Origin: a virus
Taxonomy: Duplodnaviria > Caudoviricetes
Reading direction: 5' to 3' (one strand)
Length of the DNA stretch: 64,000 nt
Virus record (IMG/VR): IMGVR_UViG_3300023174_000037
In this document: positions 46,223 to 56,586 of the stretch, one piece after another
Numbering within the stretch: the first letter of the stretch is position 1
How the letters are laid out: each line of letters starts with the position of its first letter
Program-made: the position numbers and the translations under genes
Notes under the pieces: generated by a model
The model's input: the letters and a program-made list of their open reading frames with translations, nothing else
Database searches by the model: none
What the model was told of the DNA's origin: nothing

Positions 46223-46453
46223 TTACTTCGCTGGAGTAGCGGCTTTTGCGTCTGCTTTAGCTGGCTCTTTCTTTGCAGGCTCACTTTTTGCAGGCTTCTT
46301 TTCGTCCTTTTTAGCTTCTGCCTTGGCTGGTGCTGGAGCAGATGCTGTTGCGGCCGGTGCTGCTGGCTTGGCTTCTTCTTTCTTAGCGGCAGGTGCCTGT
46401 GCGAAAGCGGATACTGCAAACAATGATGCGATTACAAGTGCGATTGATTTCAT
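46223..46453 (-). CDS. Secreted Ala/Pro/Lys-rich low-complexity protein
   Basis: Signal peptide ending SAFA then APAAKKEEAKPAAP repeats; AAGGA RBS. Confidence 0.75.
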   Translation of the reverse strand: MKSIALVIASLFAVSAFAQAPAAKKEEAKPAAPAATASAPAPAKAEAKKDEKKPAKSEPAKKEPAKADAKAATPAK

Positions 46454-46468
46454 GGTATTTCCTTTTGG

Positions 46469-46771
46469 TTAGTTTGAAACAAGAACCAGTCTGTAGCAAT
46501 TACAGTTAGCATCAAGGATAGTTTCATAATGATATCCGTTTGGTGCCTGAGACTGATATATGTTAGGCGGCGGTTGCTGTATTACCACGGTCTGCGGTCT
46601 GGTGATCACATACCCTACTACGCCTCCTATCACAAGCGGGGCAACCCATCCGTAAAGATTGGAATGACCATGACGATGGTGGTGTGGATAGTAATGATTT
46701 GGATTCGCTTGACTTACCCCACTTACCAGTGTCAGACTCGCAAGAATTAAAGTTTGCAGTAGTTTGTTCAT
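46469..46771 (-). CDS. Secreted His/Gly/Pro-rich protein with glycine-zipper-like segment
   Basis: Signal peptide, HHHRHGH, VIGGVVGY, QQPPP. Confidence 0.65.
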   Translation of the reverse strand: MNKLLQTLILASLTLVSGVSQANPNHYYPHHHRHGHSNLYGWVAPLVIGGVVGYVITRPQTVVIQQPPPNIYQSQAPNGYHYETILDANCNCYRLVLVSN

Positions 46772-46839
46772 ACATAATGCCTCCTAGCATACTATAATAA
46801 CGCCTAGGAACCGCAGTTAGTTGACACGTTTTGGTAAAA

Positions 46840-47826
46840 TTAAATAATCTTTTGGCCAGCTGCCTGAGCCACTGTGTATTGAGTAGTGCCCAAATCAGCT
46901 CGAGGTTCTGGATATTGATCGCTGATTGTGATGTCAGTCTGCATACCGGCCAAATTTAATCGATCTTGATTGCGAGATTCACGCATGGTGCTTATTATGG
47001 CTTGTCCACCTTGGGTATCAGTATTGGCTATGCTTTGTAACACATAAGCAGGGCCGCCCTCAACTACTTCCAATCCAGTTGACGCCAAATTGTAGACCAA
47101 ACTCCATGCCTGTTGCCCAGGAAGTAAATTGGCAAAATCTACACTGGCTAGTGCTAAATTGATATCCTGCGTTTGCAATTGATTGCATATGGTGTTGAAA
47201 TTAGCAGTGGTGTTGGCCACGTCGGTGAGATTAGCAGCAACAATGGTTCCCACGGTAGATACCATAGCTGGATTAAGGCCGCCGCTGAATGCATTGGCTA
47301 TGCTGGCGTTGGCTGTATTAGCTGGACCGTAAGTGCCTGCTCCAGGAAGACCTACAGGAATAGTGGTGTACCAGTCGCCTGGTGACATTGGATCTTCTGC
47401 GGTGTAGGTGCCCGCAATTGTGGTTTCCATCACAGTGTAAACGCCATTGCTGACGTTAGTTAGAGAATTAAAATCTCCAGACGAGGTCATATTGCCCAAG
47501 ATATTTGCAGTATTAGATATTTCACCAATGATATTGTAGCCTACAACACTGCCAATGACATCAGTCAACAGCAATAACCCTTGTGGACCAGATCCTGTGG
47601 CCAATGTTTCAGTAAAGTATGCTGTAACGTTGGCCGGTAATGGCCCGGTTAAATTATTAATATCATCAAGGCCAACGTTACTTTCCAATCCTTCTGTGGC
47701 TGCAGCTAACCCTGGAAGTTCGGTGTCAAAGATATTTTTAACCTGTTGCAGGCCGGCCTGCAACGCTTTACTAGCCAAGGCTTGGTCAGCTGGAATTATT
47801 TGTCGTAGTTGGCTGTAGGTGCTCAT
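46840..47826 (-). CDS. Probable virion structural protein (baseplate region)
   Basis: Ala/Thr/Asn-rich; coupled to the next gene and downstream of PAAR. Confidence 0.5.
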   Translation of the reverse strand: MSTYSQLRQIIPADQALASKALQAGLQQVKNIFDTELPGLAAATEGLESNVGLDDINNLTGPLPANVTAYFTETLATGSGPQGLLLLTDVIGSVVGYNIIGEISNTANILGNMTSSGDFNSLTNVSNGVYTVMETTIAGTYTAEDPMSPGDWYTTIPVGLPGAGTYGPANTANASIANAFSGGLNPAMVSTVGTIVAANLTDVANTTANFNTICNQLQTQDINLALASVDFANLLPGQQAWSLVYNLASTGLEVVEGGPAYVLQSIANTDTQGGQAIISTMRESRNQDRLNLAGMQTDITISDQYPEPRADLGTTQYTVAQAAGQKII

Positions 47827-48791
47827 AATTGCGTTGGCATATTCTGTAAAGGATTACCGGTCAATGGTGCCAATACACTGGCAGGCAATTCTGTTTCTAA
47901 TCGACTGTTGACTGCACCAGCTGTGTTGATATAGATTCCACGTAGTCCATTGGCAGTAGGAGCAGTTAATGTATTGTAACTTCTTGGAAAGATTTTTACA
48001 GGATTTAACAAATCAGCCATGGTCACAAGGCCTGGAGTGGTTATGCGTAACAACTGTAATATCTGTTGCAGTTCAGTGCCAGTGATTTGTGTCATTGCTA
48101 TATAGATAAGACGTTGTTGTTGATCTGTAAAATCTGTGTTTTCAGGATCAGCTATAGCTGATTCAGGTATGCCAACATTTAACAATGCTGTGTTTAATGC
48201 TGGGGTTGTGTTGGTTACTGCGGCCAGCTGTCGCAACACTGCTGCCGGACTACCTATGCTGTTTAAATTGTTTAGGTCAATTAAAAATCCCAGCTGTGCT
48301 AAATCGGCTCCAAACGCAGCAAATGCCTGAGTGATTGAACTGACGCCGCCAGTTGATAAATTATCCTGTGATGTAAATCCTGTGGTGTTGGTAGGAGAGT
48401 TGGCGTTTATTGTGGTCTTGATCAGTTGATTGGTCTGACTAACAAAGGCCTGGGCCGAGTTAAATATCTGTTCAAATTTTCCAATATCACCATTGCCCAA
48501 TAGGTCGTTGTTAAAAGTAGTGATAGTGGATGTTAGTGTGGCATTTCCTAAATTGCTTTGATATGCAGAGGGGACAGCATCAGTCAATGCCGGAAACGTG
48601 TTGGCCACAATATTTTGATCAACATAACCTGACGCGGCTATGGCCAAAAATCTTTCAACCACTGTGGTCGAAGTATAACTTGAGATTGCATTTGTAAGAT
48701 CTGCATTGGCATCAATAGGGTATCCACCAACATTGCCCAAGATGCCTGCACCAGCAATAAGATTTACACTACTTAAGGTTCCGGTAGCCAT
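47823..48791 (-). CDS. Probable virion structural protein (baseplate region)
   Basis: Same composition; directly coupled to the PAAR gene. Confidence 0.5.
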   Translation of the reverse strand: MATGTLSSVNLIAGAGILGNVGGYPIDANADLTNAISSYTSTTVVERFLAIAASGYVDQNIVANTFPALTDAVPSAYQSNLGNATLTSTITTFNNDLLGNGDIGKFEQIFNSAQAFVSQTNQLIKTTINANSPTNTTGFTSQDNLSTGGVSSITQAFAAFGADLAQLGFLIDLNNLNSIGSPAAVLRQLAAVTNTTPALNTALLNVGIPESAIADPENTDFTDQQQRLIYIAMTQITGTELQQILQLLRITTPGLVTMADLLNPVKIFPRSYNTLTAPTANGLRGIYINTAGAVNSRLETELPASVLAPLTGNPLQNMPTQL

Positions 48792-49090
48792 TATAATGCC
48801 TTGACATTAGGGCTGCCCATCATGCGTTTATGTGAAAGGCAACTGTCTTTGCCGCCATCTAACACCAATGGTTGGCCATTGGCAAACACAGTTGAAGCTG
48901 TTCCAGCAACAGCAATTACACCAACACAGTGTATGGGAAATTTAGGATTACATCCTATGTGAGGAGTAAACGGTGTAAATGGAATTGCGGCAGGACGACC
49001 GTTGATCAACACATTGTTGTGGCCTGGGCCTACAGCAATGCCGCCGCCCGAACTTGGATCTCCTACACGTTGAACACCTTTACCCGGCAT
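48791..49090 (-). CDS. PAAR-type spike tip protein
   Basis: QRVGD..SGGG...G..NVLINGRPAA, PH..C..H, TVFANG..L...D.C.H....GSPNV. Confidence 0.85.
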   Translation of the reverse strand: MPGKGVQRVGDPSSGGGIAVGPGHNNVLINGRPAAIPFTPFTPHIGCNPKFPIHCVGVIAVAGTASTVFANGQPLVLDGGKDSCLSHKRMMGSPNVKAL

Positions 49091-49094
49091 TGTA

Positions 49095-49397
49095 TTATCC
49101 CATTATAATTGATGGTTTACGCACTGCTTTGATACCAGTGGTTGCCTCTAAGTAATGATCACAAACTTCGTCTCGAGTTTGACAGATCATTGCTATTGCT
49201 GTTTTATTTATAGTCACATCTTCCTTGGGATTACCAGTAAACACGGTAAAAATTAATTGTATACCTTTTTCTGTGGGCACAGCACTAAGTGGCTGTGAAA
49301 CAATGTAACCATCATTGGTAATCTCAATGATTTTTCCAACCAATTCATCAGCATTAGTTAATTTAAATGTGTAAACTTTGTCTTTTTCTACTATCAT
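49095..49397 (-). CDS. Sm-like/SH3 small beta-barrel protein
   Basis: FKLTNADELVGKI...Y.VSQP, HY..ATTGI; common in T4-like phages. Confidence 0.6.
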   Translation of the reverse strand: MIVEKDKVYTFKLTNADELVGKIIEITNDGYIVSQPLSAVPTEKGIQLIFTVFTGNPKEDVTINKTAIAMICQTRDEVCDHYLEATTGIKAVRKPSIIMG

Positions 49398-49398
49398 G

Positions 49399-49623
49399 TT
49401 ATCCTTGTAAGTGTTGGCGCAATTCTGTAAATCCGCCTACTAATTTATCGTCTAAAAATATCTGTGGTAAGGTTCTTGCATTAGGCACTGCTTCCAATAA
49501 CTGATCTTTAGTCCAATTTTTGTTAATATTGCGCTCTTCAAACTCAATACCTTTTTGTTTTAATAGCCCTTTTGCTTGAACACAATATGGGCAGGAGTCT
49601 TTGCTCCATACAACTGCTTTCAT
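49399..49623 (-). CDS. Glutaredoxin (start corrected to 49623)
   Basis: CPYC, TLPQIF, VGGF. Confidence 0.95.
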   Translation of the reverse strand: MKAVVWSKDSCPYCVQAKGLLKQKGIEFEERNINKNWTKDQLLEAVPNARTLPQIFLDDKLVGGFTELRQHLQG

Positions 49624-49639
49624 CGTTTTCTCCTTGATA

Positions 49640-50740
49640 TTATAAATTAGGTAATGCTTCATAGTCGAGGTTATCGCTCATTACGCCAATGACATAATTA
49701 GTTGACTCTGACTCTTGTAGTGCTGTTTGTTTATTGCTGGTGTTGACGTGTTTGTTAAACCACGGAATAGGAGTTGTCTTGGGTGCGGCTGTTTGATACT
49801 TGATACCCACTTCTTTGAGTGCGCCAACTGCGGTGTAATCAACAAAGTCTTTAAGGATGTTGGCGTTAAGACCAATCACAGGCCCTTTGTTAAACAAATA
49901 GTCTGCCCATTGTTTTTCTTCACGAATAACATCCATATACAAACTATATACTTCTGCTTCGCATTCTGCCTTGGCTTCAGCAAATCTAGGATCTTCTTTG
50001 ACCACTTGATTGATCATCCAAGCTGTCCAATCCTTGTGTAAGATTTCGTCTTGTAGGATCAGACTGATAATGTTGCCATTGCCAATAAAGATACGATTCT
50101 CAACCATTGCCAAACTTGTAGCAAAGCTGACCATGAAGCGGAAGGCTTCTAAGGCATAGCTGGCATGTAAGGCTAACCAGATGGCCCGGACATGTTCTTT
50201 CTCGGTTACCTTTTCGCCTAGTTCTTTACGACAGTTAACTAAATGGAGAGCATCATAATAGTTGCCTACACTACTAGCCATATCTACAATTTCTTTGGTA
50301 TCGTGGATTGTGTTGAATGCATCTTTGGGCACGTTGTAAATGTTACGGATGATGTGACTGTAACTGCGACTATGGATATTGGTCTCAAAGAAGCCCCAGT
50401 TGAACATGAGTGATTCAAGTTCAGGGATTGAGCACACAGGTGTAAACACTTGCGTAGGTCCACGTCCTTGCAAACTGTCCAATGCAGTTTGACGTAGCAA
50501 GTTGCTGGTGAAGATGTGACGCACTGTGTCGCTAGCTTCTTTAAAGTCGTTGGCGTCTTTGGTAAGACTGATTTCTTCTGGTACCCAAAAGAAGCCACGT
50601 GCTTCGGCTTCGAACTTGGTCAGCTTGTTATACTTTACTTCTTCAAAGCGTTGAATAGTAACAGGCCCTGCTGGATCCAAGAACATCTTGCGATGTAAGT
50701 AATCAGTTTTTGTTTTTAAATTGTATTGTGCTTGACTCAT
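49640..50740 (-). CDS. nrdB: Class Ia ribonucleotide reductase beta subunit (start corrected to 50740)
   Basis: FFWVPEEI.L.KD, LDSLQGR, ETNIHSRSY, ALEAFRF.VSF, DEILH, QESE..NY. Confidence 0.96.
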   Translation of the reverse strand: MSQAQYNLKTKTDYLHRKMFLDPAGPVTIQRFEEVKYNKLTKFEAEARGFFWVPEEISLTKDANDFKEASDTVRHIFTSNLLRQTALDSLQGRGPTQVFTPVCSIPELESLMFNWGFFETNIHSRSYSHIIRNIYNVPKDAFNTIHDTKEIVDMASSVGNYYDALHLVNCRKELGEKVTEKEHVRAIWLALHASYALEAFRFMVSFATSLAMVENRIFIGNGNIISLILQDEILHKDWTAWMINQVVKEDPRFAEAKAECEAEVYSLYMDVIREEKQWADYLFNKGPVIGLNANILKDFVDYTAVGALKEVGIKYQTAAPKTTPIPWFNKHVNTSNKQTALQESESTNYVIGVMSDNLDYEALPNL

Positions 50741-50750
50741 TTTTTTCTCT

Positions 50751-53069
50751 TTATAATTTACATGCTTCGCAATCTTCTTGATCGTCAAAGTCTATTGCTT
50801 CTAATGCAGCTTCTTTAGGTTCGTCTTGACCTTTACTACCCTGTTTATTAATCAGGCTGTAGTAAAAAGTCTTGAGCCCCCAACGGTGTGCCAGCATTAA
50901 GTTTCGAGCAATCAATGTGGTTGGAACTTTGCGATCGGCAAAGTGCGCAGGATTGTAAAATGTGTTGGTTGAAATACTTTGATCTACATAAGCGGCAATT
51001 ACACTGGCTGTCTTGATATACCCTTCACAATTTTTTTGTTCCCACATGAGTTGATACTTGTTCTTTAATTTATTGTATTCTGGTGCCACTTGAATCAAAC
51101 TACCAGCTTTGCTTTCTTTCACGGTGATTAGACTCATGGGCATTTCAATACCGTTGGTTGAATTAATAACCACACTACTTGATTCAACCGGAGCCACTGC
51201 CATCAATGTTGCGTTACGCACACCGTGAACTTTCATCTTTTCACGCAGTGTTTCCCAATCTAATTCAGGTTTAAAGTTTGCAAGCTCGTCTACTGCTTTT
51301 GCGCGAAGTTCCCAAGGAAACACGCCTTGGCCATAACGTGTGAGTCCTGAATGACTGCATGGACCACGTTCTTTGGCCAACTCCACCGTGGCTTCTGTCA
51401 AGTAGTAGGCTTGATGTTCCATCCAACTTTTAACTTCTTGTAGCGAATCTTTTTCGCCATATAACAGACCACGCTTGGCATGCCAGTAGGCCAAGTTGGT
51501 AATGCCAATTCCCAATGGGCTAATTTCCTGATTGCTCAACTGACTTTGAATACTTAGAAAGTCTTGATAGTCAAGTATGTTGCATAGGCTACGCTGTAAA
51601 ATTCTGCAAGCACGGCGCATGTCTTCTGGATTACGGAATGCACCCCAGTTGATCGATCCCAGTGTGCAAAGAGCAATGCGGCCTTCTGGGTCGTCTAATC
51701 GATCAAATGATTTGGTTGGAAGTAAAATTTCACAGCACAAATTACTTTGATAGATGGTGTGATACTCAGGATCAAATGGACCTTGATTCATTACATTGTC
51801 AATGAACACAAGATAAATTCGGCCAGTGTCTGTGCGTTCTTTTAAGATACCGCCCTTGAACACATCCTCCGCGGCCATGGTCTTGGTACGTAGATCTCGG
51901 CGCTTTTCATACTTGACATAAAGCTGTTCAAACTTTGCTGTGTCTTTGTAAAATGCTTCGTACAGGTCAGGTACTTCGTTTGGATCAAAGAATGTTATGT
52001 TTTCTTTGTTTTTAAATCGTCTCCAGAAGAGAGCACTAAGCACAACCCCATAATCCATATGACGGACTCGGGTTTCCTCTGTTCCTTGATTGTTCTTGAG
52101 CACAATGAGATCATCAAACTGATAATGCCAAATAGGATAAAATACAGTAGCACTTGCATTACGAATACCTCCTTGACTACAACTACGCAAATCTCCAAAC
52201 CATTTCTTTAAGAACGGAACCATGCCAGTGTGCATGACTTCGCCACCACGAATAGGAGCACCTAGTGGACGCAAGCGGCCAATCTCCAAACCAATGCCAG
52301 CACGTTTGGCGGCATACTTGGCCATCATCTCTCCAGAAGCAAATATGCTATCCAGATTGTCGTCACTGCGGATAAGCACACAACTAGAAAACTGCCTAGT
52401 AGGAGTGCCAAGGCCAGCCAGCACAGGTGTAGCAAGAGTAAACAAACCATCGGATGCCGCATTATAATATTCTTTAATGTAACGCATTCTTGCAGTATTC
52501 GGTTCTTCTCTGTGAAACACTGTAGCCGCTGCAACAATATATCTAATTTGGGGAGTTTCATAAATTTCCTTTGTCGCACGATTGCGTACCAAATATTTCT
52601 CTATCAACTGCTCAATCGCCGCATAGCTGTAAAGCTCGTCTTTGTCGTGGTCCAGCATGTCGTTCATGCGGTTCCAATCTTCTTCAGTATACCACTCAAG
52701 AAGTTCCTTGGTATATAGACCTGTGGCTACATTCTTTTTTACAATTTCATAAAGATGTGGAGGTTCGTATGTTCCGTATACATCTTTTCGCAACATACTC
52801 AAGCGTTGCTTGCCTGCCACGTATTGATAGTTAGTATGTCCAACATCTGGGTTTGATTCAACATCAATTAAATCCACAATGGCTCGCAACGTGATGCCGT
52901 CAATTTCTTGTGTGGTGATCCCATCATAAAAATGCAATTGTGCCTTGATTTCTATCATGCTCTGACTTACGTCAGCGATTCCTTGGCAAACTTTAGCAAC
53001 CTGCGCCTGCCATTTATCAATTTGCAGTGGTTCTTTTAGTCCGCTTCTTTTAACTACGCTTATCTGCAT
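50751..53069 (-). CDS. nrdA: Class Ia ribonucleotide reductase alpha subunit
   Basis: ATP cone VVKRSG, ATPVLAG, FSSCVL, SQGGIR, SNLCCEI, CTLG, VAPVESSS, KTFYY, C-terminal CEACKL. Confidence 0.97.
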   Translation of the reverse strand: MQISVVKRSGLKEPLQIDKWQAQVAKVCQGIADVSQSMIEIKAQLHFYDGITTQEIDGITLRAIVDLIDVESNPDVGHTNYQYVAGKQRLSMLRKDVYGTYEPPHLYEIVKKNVATGLYTKELLEWYTEEDWNRMNDMLDHDKDELYSYAAIEQLIEKYLVRNRATKEIYETPQIRYIVAAATVFHREEPNTARMRYIKEYYNAASDGLFTLATPVLAGLGTPTRQFSSCVLIRSDDNLDSIFASGEMMAKYAAKRAGIGLEIGRLRPLGAPIRGGEVMHTGMVPFLKKWFGDLRSCSQGGIRNASATVFYPIWHYQFDDLIVLKNNQGTEETRVRHMDYGVVLSALFWRRFKNKENITFFDPNEVPDLYEAFYKDTAKFEQLYVKYEKRRDLRTKTMAAEDVFKGGILKERTDTGRIYLVFIDNVMNQGPFDPEYHTIYQSNLCCEILLPTKSFDRLDDPEGRIALCTLGSINWGAFRNPEDMRRACRILQRSLCNILDYQDFLSIQSQLSNQEISPLGIGITNLAYWHAKRGLLYGEKDSLQEVKSWMEHQAYYLTEATVELAKERGPCSHSGLTRYGQGVFPWELRAKAVDELANFKPELDWETLREKMKVHGVRNATLMAVAPVESSSVVINSTNGIEMPMSLITVKESKAGSLIQVAPEYNKLKNKYQLMWEQKNCEGYIKTASVIAAYVDQSISTNTFYNPAHFADRKVPTTLIARNLMLAHRWGLKTFYYSLINKQGSKGQDEPKEAALEAIDFDDQEDCEACKL

Positions 53070-53095
53070 CTTTTAACTTTCGTGTTCTAATTTTA

Positions 53096-53509
53096 CTACG
53101 TAACTTGGGTTTTTTTAAACCTGCGAGTGGTTTTAACTTTGGGTTTGTTATTTACGATTGAATCTTTGTTCCAATTAAGTATATATTTTTCTTTTGCTAC
53201 TAGGACTAAATTACTGCCATCATCAGCCAAAACCAGCTCTGCGTCCGCCATATCCGCACGTTCCAGTAGACTTATAGTATACAGGATTCCAAGAGATCTT
53301 GCAAGATCACAATAGACATTATCACTTAAAAGTTGCCAGGGATCTGGCCAATCTGCTTGGTCGTCCCAGTGTAGGTAATATGGTTGCCAAGGGGTGTTGA
53401 ACCACCATTGATTAATGGCAGTTAATGCATTTTCTAAATCAAGAGATTGGCAACGACTGCGTAGCTCAACCCAGGCTTGCAATCTGCTATCAAAAGTTAC
53501 TGGCCACAT
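53096..53509 (-). CDS. Transglutaminase/cysteine-proteinase-like fold protein (possibly inactive)
   Basis: WP.PWQLL...YCDLARSLG.LYT resembles the BTLCP GDCED motif; the expected His is not evident. Confidence 0.4.
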   Translation of the reverse strand: MWPVTFDSRLQAWVELRSRCQSLDLENALTAINQWWFNTPWQPYYLHWDDQADWPDPWQLLSDNVYCDLARSLGILYTISLLERADMADAELVLADDGSNLVLVAKEKYILNWNKDSIVNNKPKVKTTRRFKKTQVT

Positions 53510-53513
53510 TGAA

Positions 53514-55088
53514 TCAGGCTAGGTAATTGATAGAATAATTAATTATCCCGTTTATGCCGGTGTCGGTTGCATTGTATACTACACTCAATTCATCGCCTGT
53601 TTGACTAACTGATAAAGTTATGCCAGTGTCACCATTTTGAACATAATCGTCTGACATGGTCGGTCCTGTGGAGTCTGAAGCAACAATCATAGTGCCAACA
53701 CGATACAAGTCATTGCGTGTAATTTTATAATTGAGTTCAAATGCGGTGGCTTGAAGAGTCGATACTACTGCAACTTCGTTGGTATCATCATTGGCCAGTT
53801 GAGTTTGAGATCCACTTTGTCTTATGTAAGTTCCTGTGGCTATTACAATCTGCGAACCATTAGTAGTGGCTACTTGGTTAGCAGGCACGGCCAACGATAT
53901 TCTAGGATAGTCAGCGGCTGAGGCATCACTGCGTTCAAATAAATCACTGACGCTGACATTGTTGCTGTTGTTGAAAGTAATTACTGGAGAGGCCGCTGTA
54001 GATCCTGTAAACTCGTTGCCTACATCATAAAAAATATTTTGTGCTGATGCATTTAAATTAGAATAAGATCCAAAAATAATGCCTTCGGCATAAATGTTGT
54101 TAAACACATTGTTAGTAACACGTATGCCAGTGGGTGAAACAAATGCCGGAGCACCGGTTCCTAACAACACACCTTGATACAAGGTATCAAATACGGAATT
54201 TGAAACGATAACACCGCTGACTTCTTCATTGGTGTTGATTCCGTAAACAGTTCCACTAAGCCGGCATCCGTCAAACACTATTTGTTCGCATGAATAAGCA
54301 GCCGTTGTATTAAACTCCACACACTTTGTAGCATTGGCATTTGTGGTCAAGTCAGCTGTGGTCATAGGACCATTAAATCCTACATTTTGGAAACGACAGT
54401 TAGTGGCTTGTCCAAGTAAAAATACGCTGACTTCAGGATCAACCGTTTGAAATCCAAGGTTGGTAATAGTAATATGTTGCGGCGGTATTGTTCCGCCGGA
54501 ACCAATATTGGCACCTGTCTGTTGCAAGCTGTCAGCTGTTTGTGCTGCATATGAAGCACCCGAGGCCAATGAAATTATAGAATTGTCCAGGCCTTCACCA
54601 TACAAGGTAGCATAAGGAGGAATATTAATTGTACCAGTTACTTTGTATACTCCAGCAGGGAAAAATAGGCTACGACGGATTTGTGGATTAGTATCTCTGC
54701 AATACAATTGGTATAGGGCACGATTAATTGCTGCTGTGCAATCTGTAGAACCGTCACCTACTGCACCAAAATCCAATACACTGGCAAATTGATCAAGCCA
54801 CGACTGCAAACTTAAATCAATTGGCGTACCAGCAGTGGGACCAGTTTGCACTGTGTAACCAGCAGCCAGTCCTTTGTAAGTGTAGGTTGTGGAAAAATTT
54901 AAAATATCACTGAATTCTGTTAAAATTTCAGTGTTACCAATAATTGGGGCGCCTTCTTCTAAGGTACCGTTACCAATGTAAAGTTGACGTGTGTCTGTGC
55001 TCCAACCAAACTCTGCGCCTGCCAGTTGTGGTAGATTTTCTGCTAAACCTTTGCGGTTTGTAATTTGGGATATTTGAACAATGGCCAA
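53514..55088 (-). CDS. Tail spike/fibre: Mtd-N-like anchor plus pectate-lyase-type beta helix
   Basis: LPQLAGAEFGWSTDTRQLYIGNG; VLDFGAVGDGSTDCTAAI, FFPAGVYKVTGTI. Confidence 0.8.
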   Translation of the reverse strand: MAIVQISQITNRKGLAENLPQLAGAEFGWSTDTRQLYIGNGTLEEGAPIIGNTEILTEFSDILNFSTTYTYKGLAAGYTVQTGPTAGTPIDLSLQSWLDQFASVLDFGAVGDGSTDCTAAINRALYQLYCRDTNPQIRRSLFFPAGVYKVTGTINIPPYATLYGEGLDNSIISLASGASYAAQTADSLQQTGANIGSGGTIPPQHITITNLGFQTVDPEVSVFLLGQATNCRFQNVGFNGPMTTADLTTNANATKCVEFNTTAAYSCEQIVFDGCRLSGTVYGINTNEEVSGVIVSNSVFDTLYQGVLLGTGAPAFVSPTGIRVTNNVFNNIYAEGIIFGSYSNLNASAQNIFYDVGNEFTGSTAASPVITFNNSNNVSVSDLFERSDASAADYPRISLAVPANQVATTNGSQIVIATGTYIRQSGSQTQLANDDTNEVAVVSTLQATAFELNYKITRNDLYRVGTMIVASDSTGPTMSDDYVQNGDTGITLSVSQTGDELSVVYNATDTGINGIINYSINYLA

Positions 55089-55125
55089 TTTAGTCTTCCT
55101 TGAATTCTATTCAGTATTTAGCTGT

Positions 55126-55839
55126 TTAGGCCAGTAGGTAATACTGCTCTAGGCGGCGCCACCATTGGTCTGCCCAGTAGTCAAAATCCTCGGGTTTCAA
55201 TACAAATTCCTGGTAAACAGGACGGGCAAGTGGATTGCCCATGTCGTCTACAGGAGGTTTAACACACATTAGCACAACACCTTTGCGTATGTTTGTGCCG
55301 TAAACTTCGTTGTGAGCTAGAGCATAGGCCACTAGTTGTAATTTATAGTCAGTGATCCAAGATTCTTGCTTGGGCTTGTTGGTTTGTTTAAAGTCCAGAA
55401 TGCTTTCGTCTTTTTGATGTATGCCCACGCAGTCTGTGGTTCCAGCATACAGTTTAGGAAAATACAAAGGAATCTCTACACCCCAGAACTCATCAACATT
55501 TTTAAGTCCGTCTTCAATCACAGTTTGTGCCATAGCGTGACTTGCCCAACCAAATGGATTTGTTCCACGCTCTTTTAGTTCATTATTTTTTACATAATGT
55601 TCTAAGTAAGTATGCATACGTGTGCCACGATTAGCGGCTTCTGTAGTAATCTGCTGTGCTTTGGCATGCCCTACATTCTTGCGCCATTGCTCTAGTGCGG
55701 CTCGCGATTCGGCTGGTTTAGTTTTGTCCAGGATAGTTGTTACACTAGGAACCTTGGATCCGTCTGGTGTAGAATACAAGCGTTTGCCTTCTTCGCTTGT
55801 GCGGCTTAGTTCATGATAGTTAAATTTTGGATTATACAT
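55126..55839 (-). CDS. PD-(D/E)xK exonuclease (T4-like phage type)
   Basis: PSVTTIL, RGTRMH..LE, E.PL....YAGTTD, ILDFKQ, QL.AY. Confidence 0.88.
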   Translation of the reverse strand: MYNPKFNYHELSRTSEEGKRLYSTPDGSKVPSVTTILDKTKPAESRAALEQWRKNVGHAKAQQITTEAANRGTRMHTYLEHYVKNNELKERGTNPFGWASHAMAQTVIEDGLKNVDEFWGVEIPLYFPKLYAGTTDCVGIHQKDESILDFKQTNKPKQESWITDYKLQLVAYALAHNEVYGTNIRKGVVLMCVKPPVDDMGNPLARPVYQEFVLKPEDFDYWADQWWRRLEQYYLLA

Positions 55840-56269
55840 CGATTTGTTCTACCTGGATTCCTGATTTTTCCAGAAACGTAATACCGCTAGCATCCCTATA
55901 AGCGTTCCTATATAGAACACTGCTAATACCACTTTGGTAGATAAGTTTAGCACAGTCCAAACATGGAGCATGGGTAATAAACATAGTAGCGCCCATACCA
56001 GATTCGTTAGATTTAGCAAGTTTTGCGATTGCATTTGTTTCAGCATGTAATACTTCCGGTTTGGTTTTTAGTATAATGTGAAATCCGTCTTCATCGTATG
56101 TTTGATCTTCGCAATCGTTATCCCAACCAGCCGGCATACCATTATAGCCAATAGAAATAATTCTATCATCCTTGACTACAATAGCGCCAACATGTAGGCG
56201 GCGAGCATGACTTAGTTCTGCAAATGTTTCTGCGGTTTTTATGTATGCTTGTTTAAGTTTGTCTTTCAA
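55832..56269 (-). CDS. dCMP deaminase
   Basis: VGAIVV, GYNG.PAG, LHAE.NAI, HAPCLDC. Confidence 0.93.
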   Translation of the reverse strand: MKDKLKQAYIKTAETFAELSHARRLHVGAIVVKDDRIISIGYNGMPAGWDNDCEDQTYDEDGFHIILKTKPEVLHAETNAIAKLAKSNESGMGATMFITHAPCLDCAKLIYQSGISSVLYRNAYRDASGITFLEKSGIQVEQIDV

Positions 56270-56586
56270 ATTCTAAAACTTTCTCCGCATCCACAACGGT
56301 CTCGTTCAAGAGGATTATTAAATTCAAAGCCTTCGTTAAGGCCGTGACGCACATAGTCTACTTCGACACCATTTAGGTATGCCGAACTTTTAGGATCAAC
56401 TACCACAACAAATCCATCTTGTTCAACTGTGATGTCTTCGGAGTTAATGTTATCAACATATTCTAACACATAAGCAAGTCCACTGCAACCTGTGGTTCTT
56501 ACACCAAGCCGAATGCCTACGCCTTGCCCACGACGAGTCAAATTGGATTTAATTTTTTTAGAAGCAATCTCAGTAACAGATATCAT
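56266..56586 (-). CDS. iscA: Fe-S cluster assembly accessory protein IscA
   Basis: GCSGLAY, CGCGESF. Confidence 0.93.
   Translation of the reverse strand: MISVTEIASKKIKSNLTRRGQGVGIRLGVRTTGCSGLAYVLEYVDNINSEDITVEQDGFVVVVDPKSSAYLNGVEVDYVRHGLNEGFEFNNPLERDRCGCGESFRI

Noticed and set aside
49640-53069. Intein, intron or homing endonuclease in nrdA/nrdB
   Set aside because: Both ORFs are uninterrupted and of normal length (772 and 366 aa).
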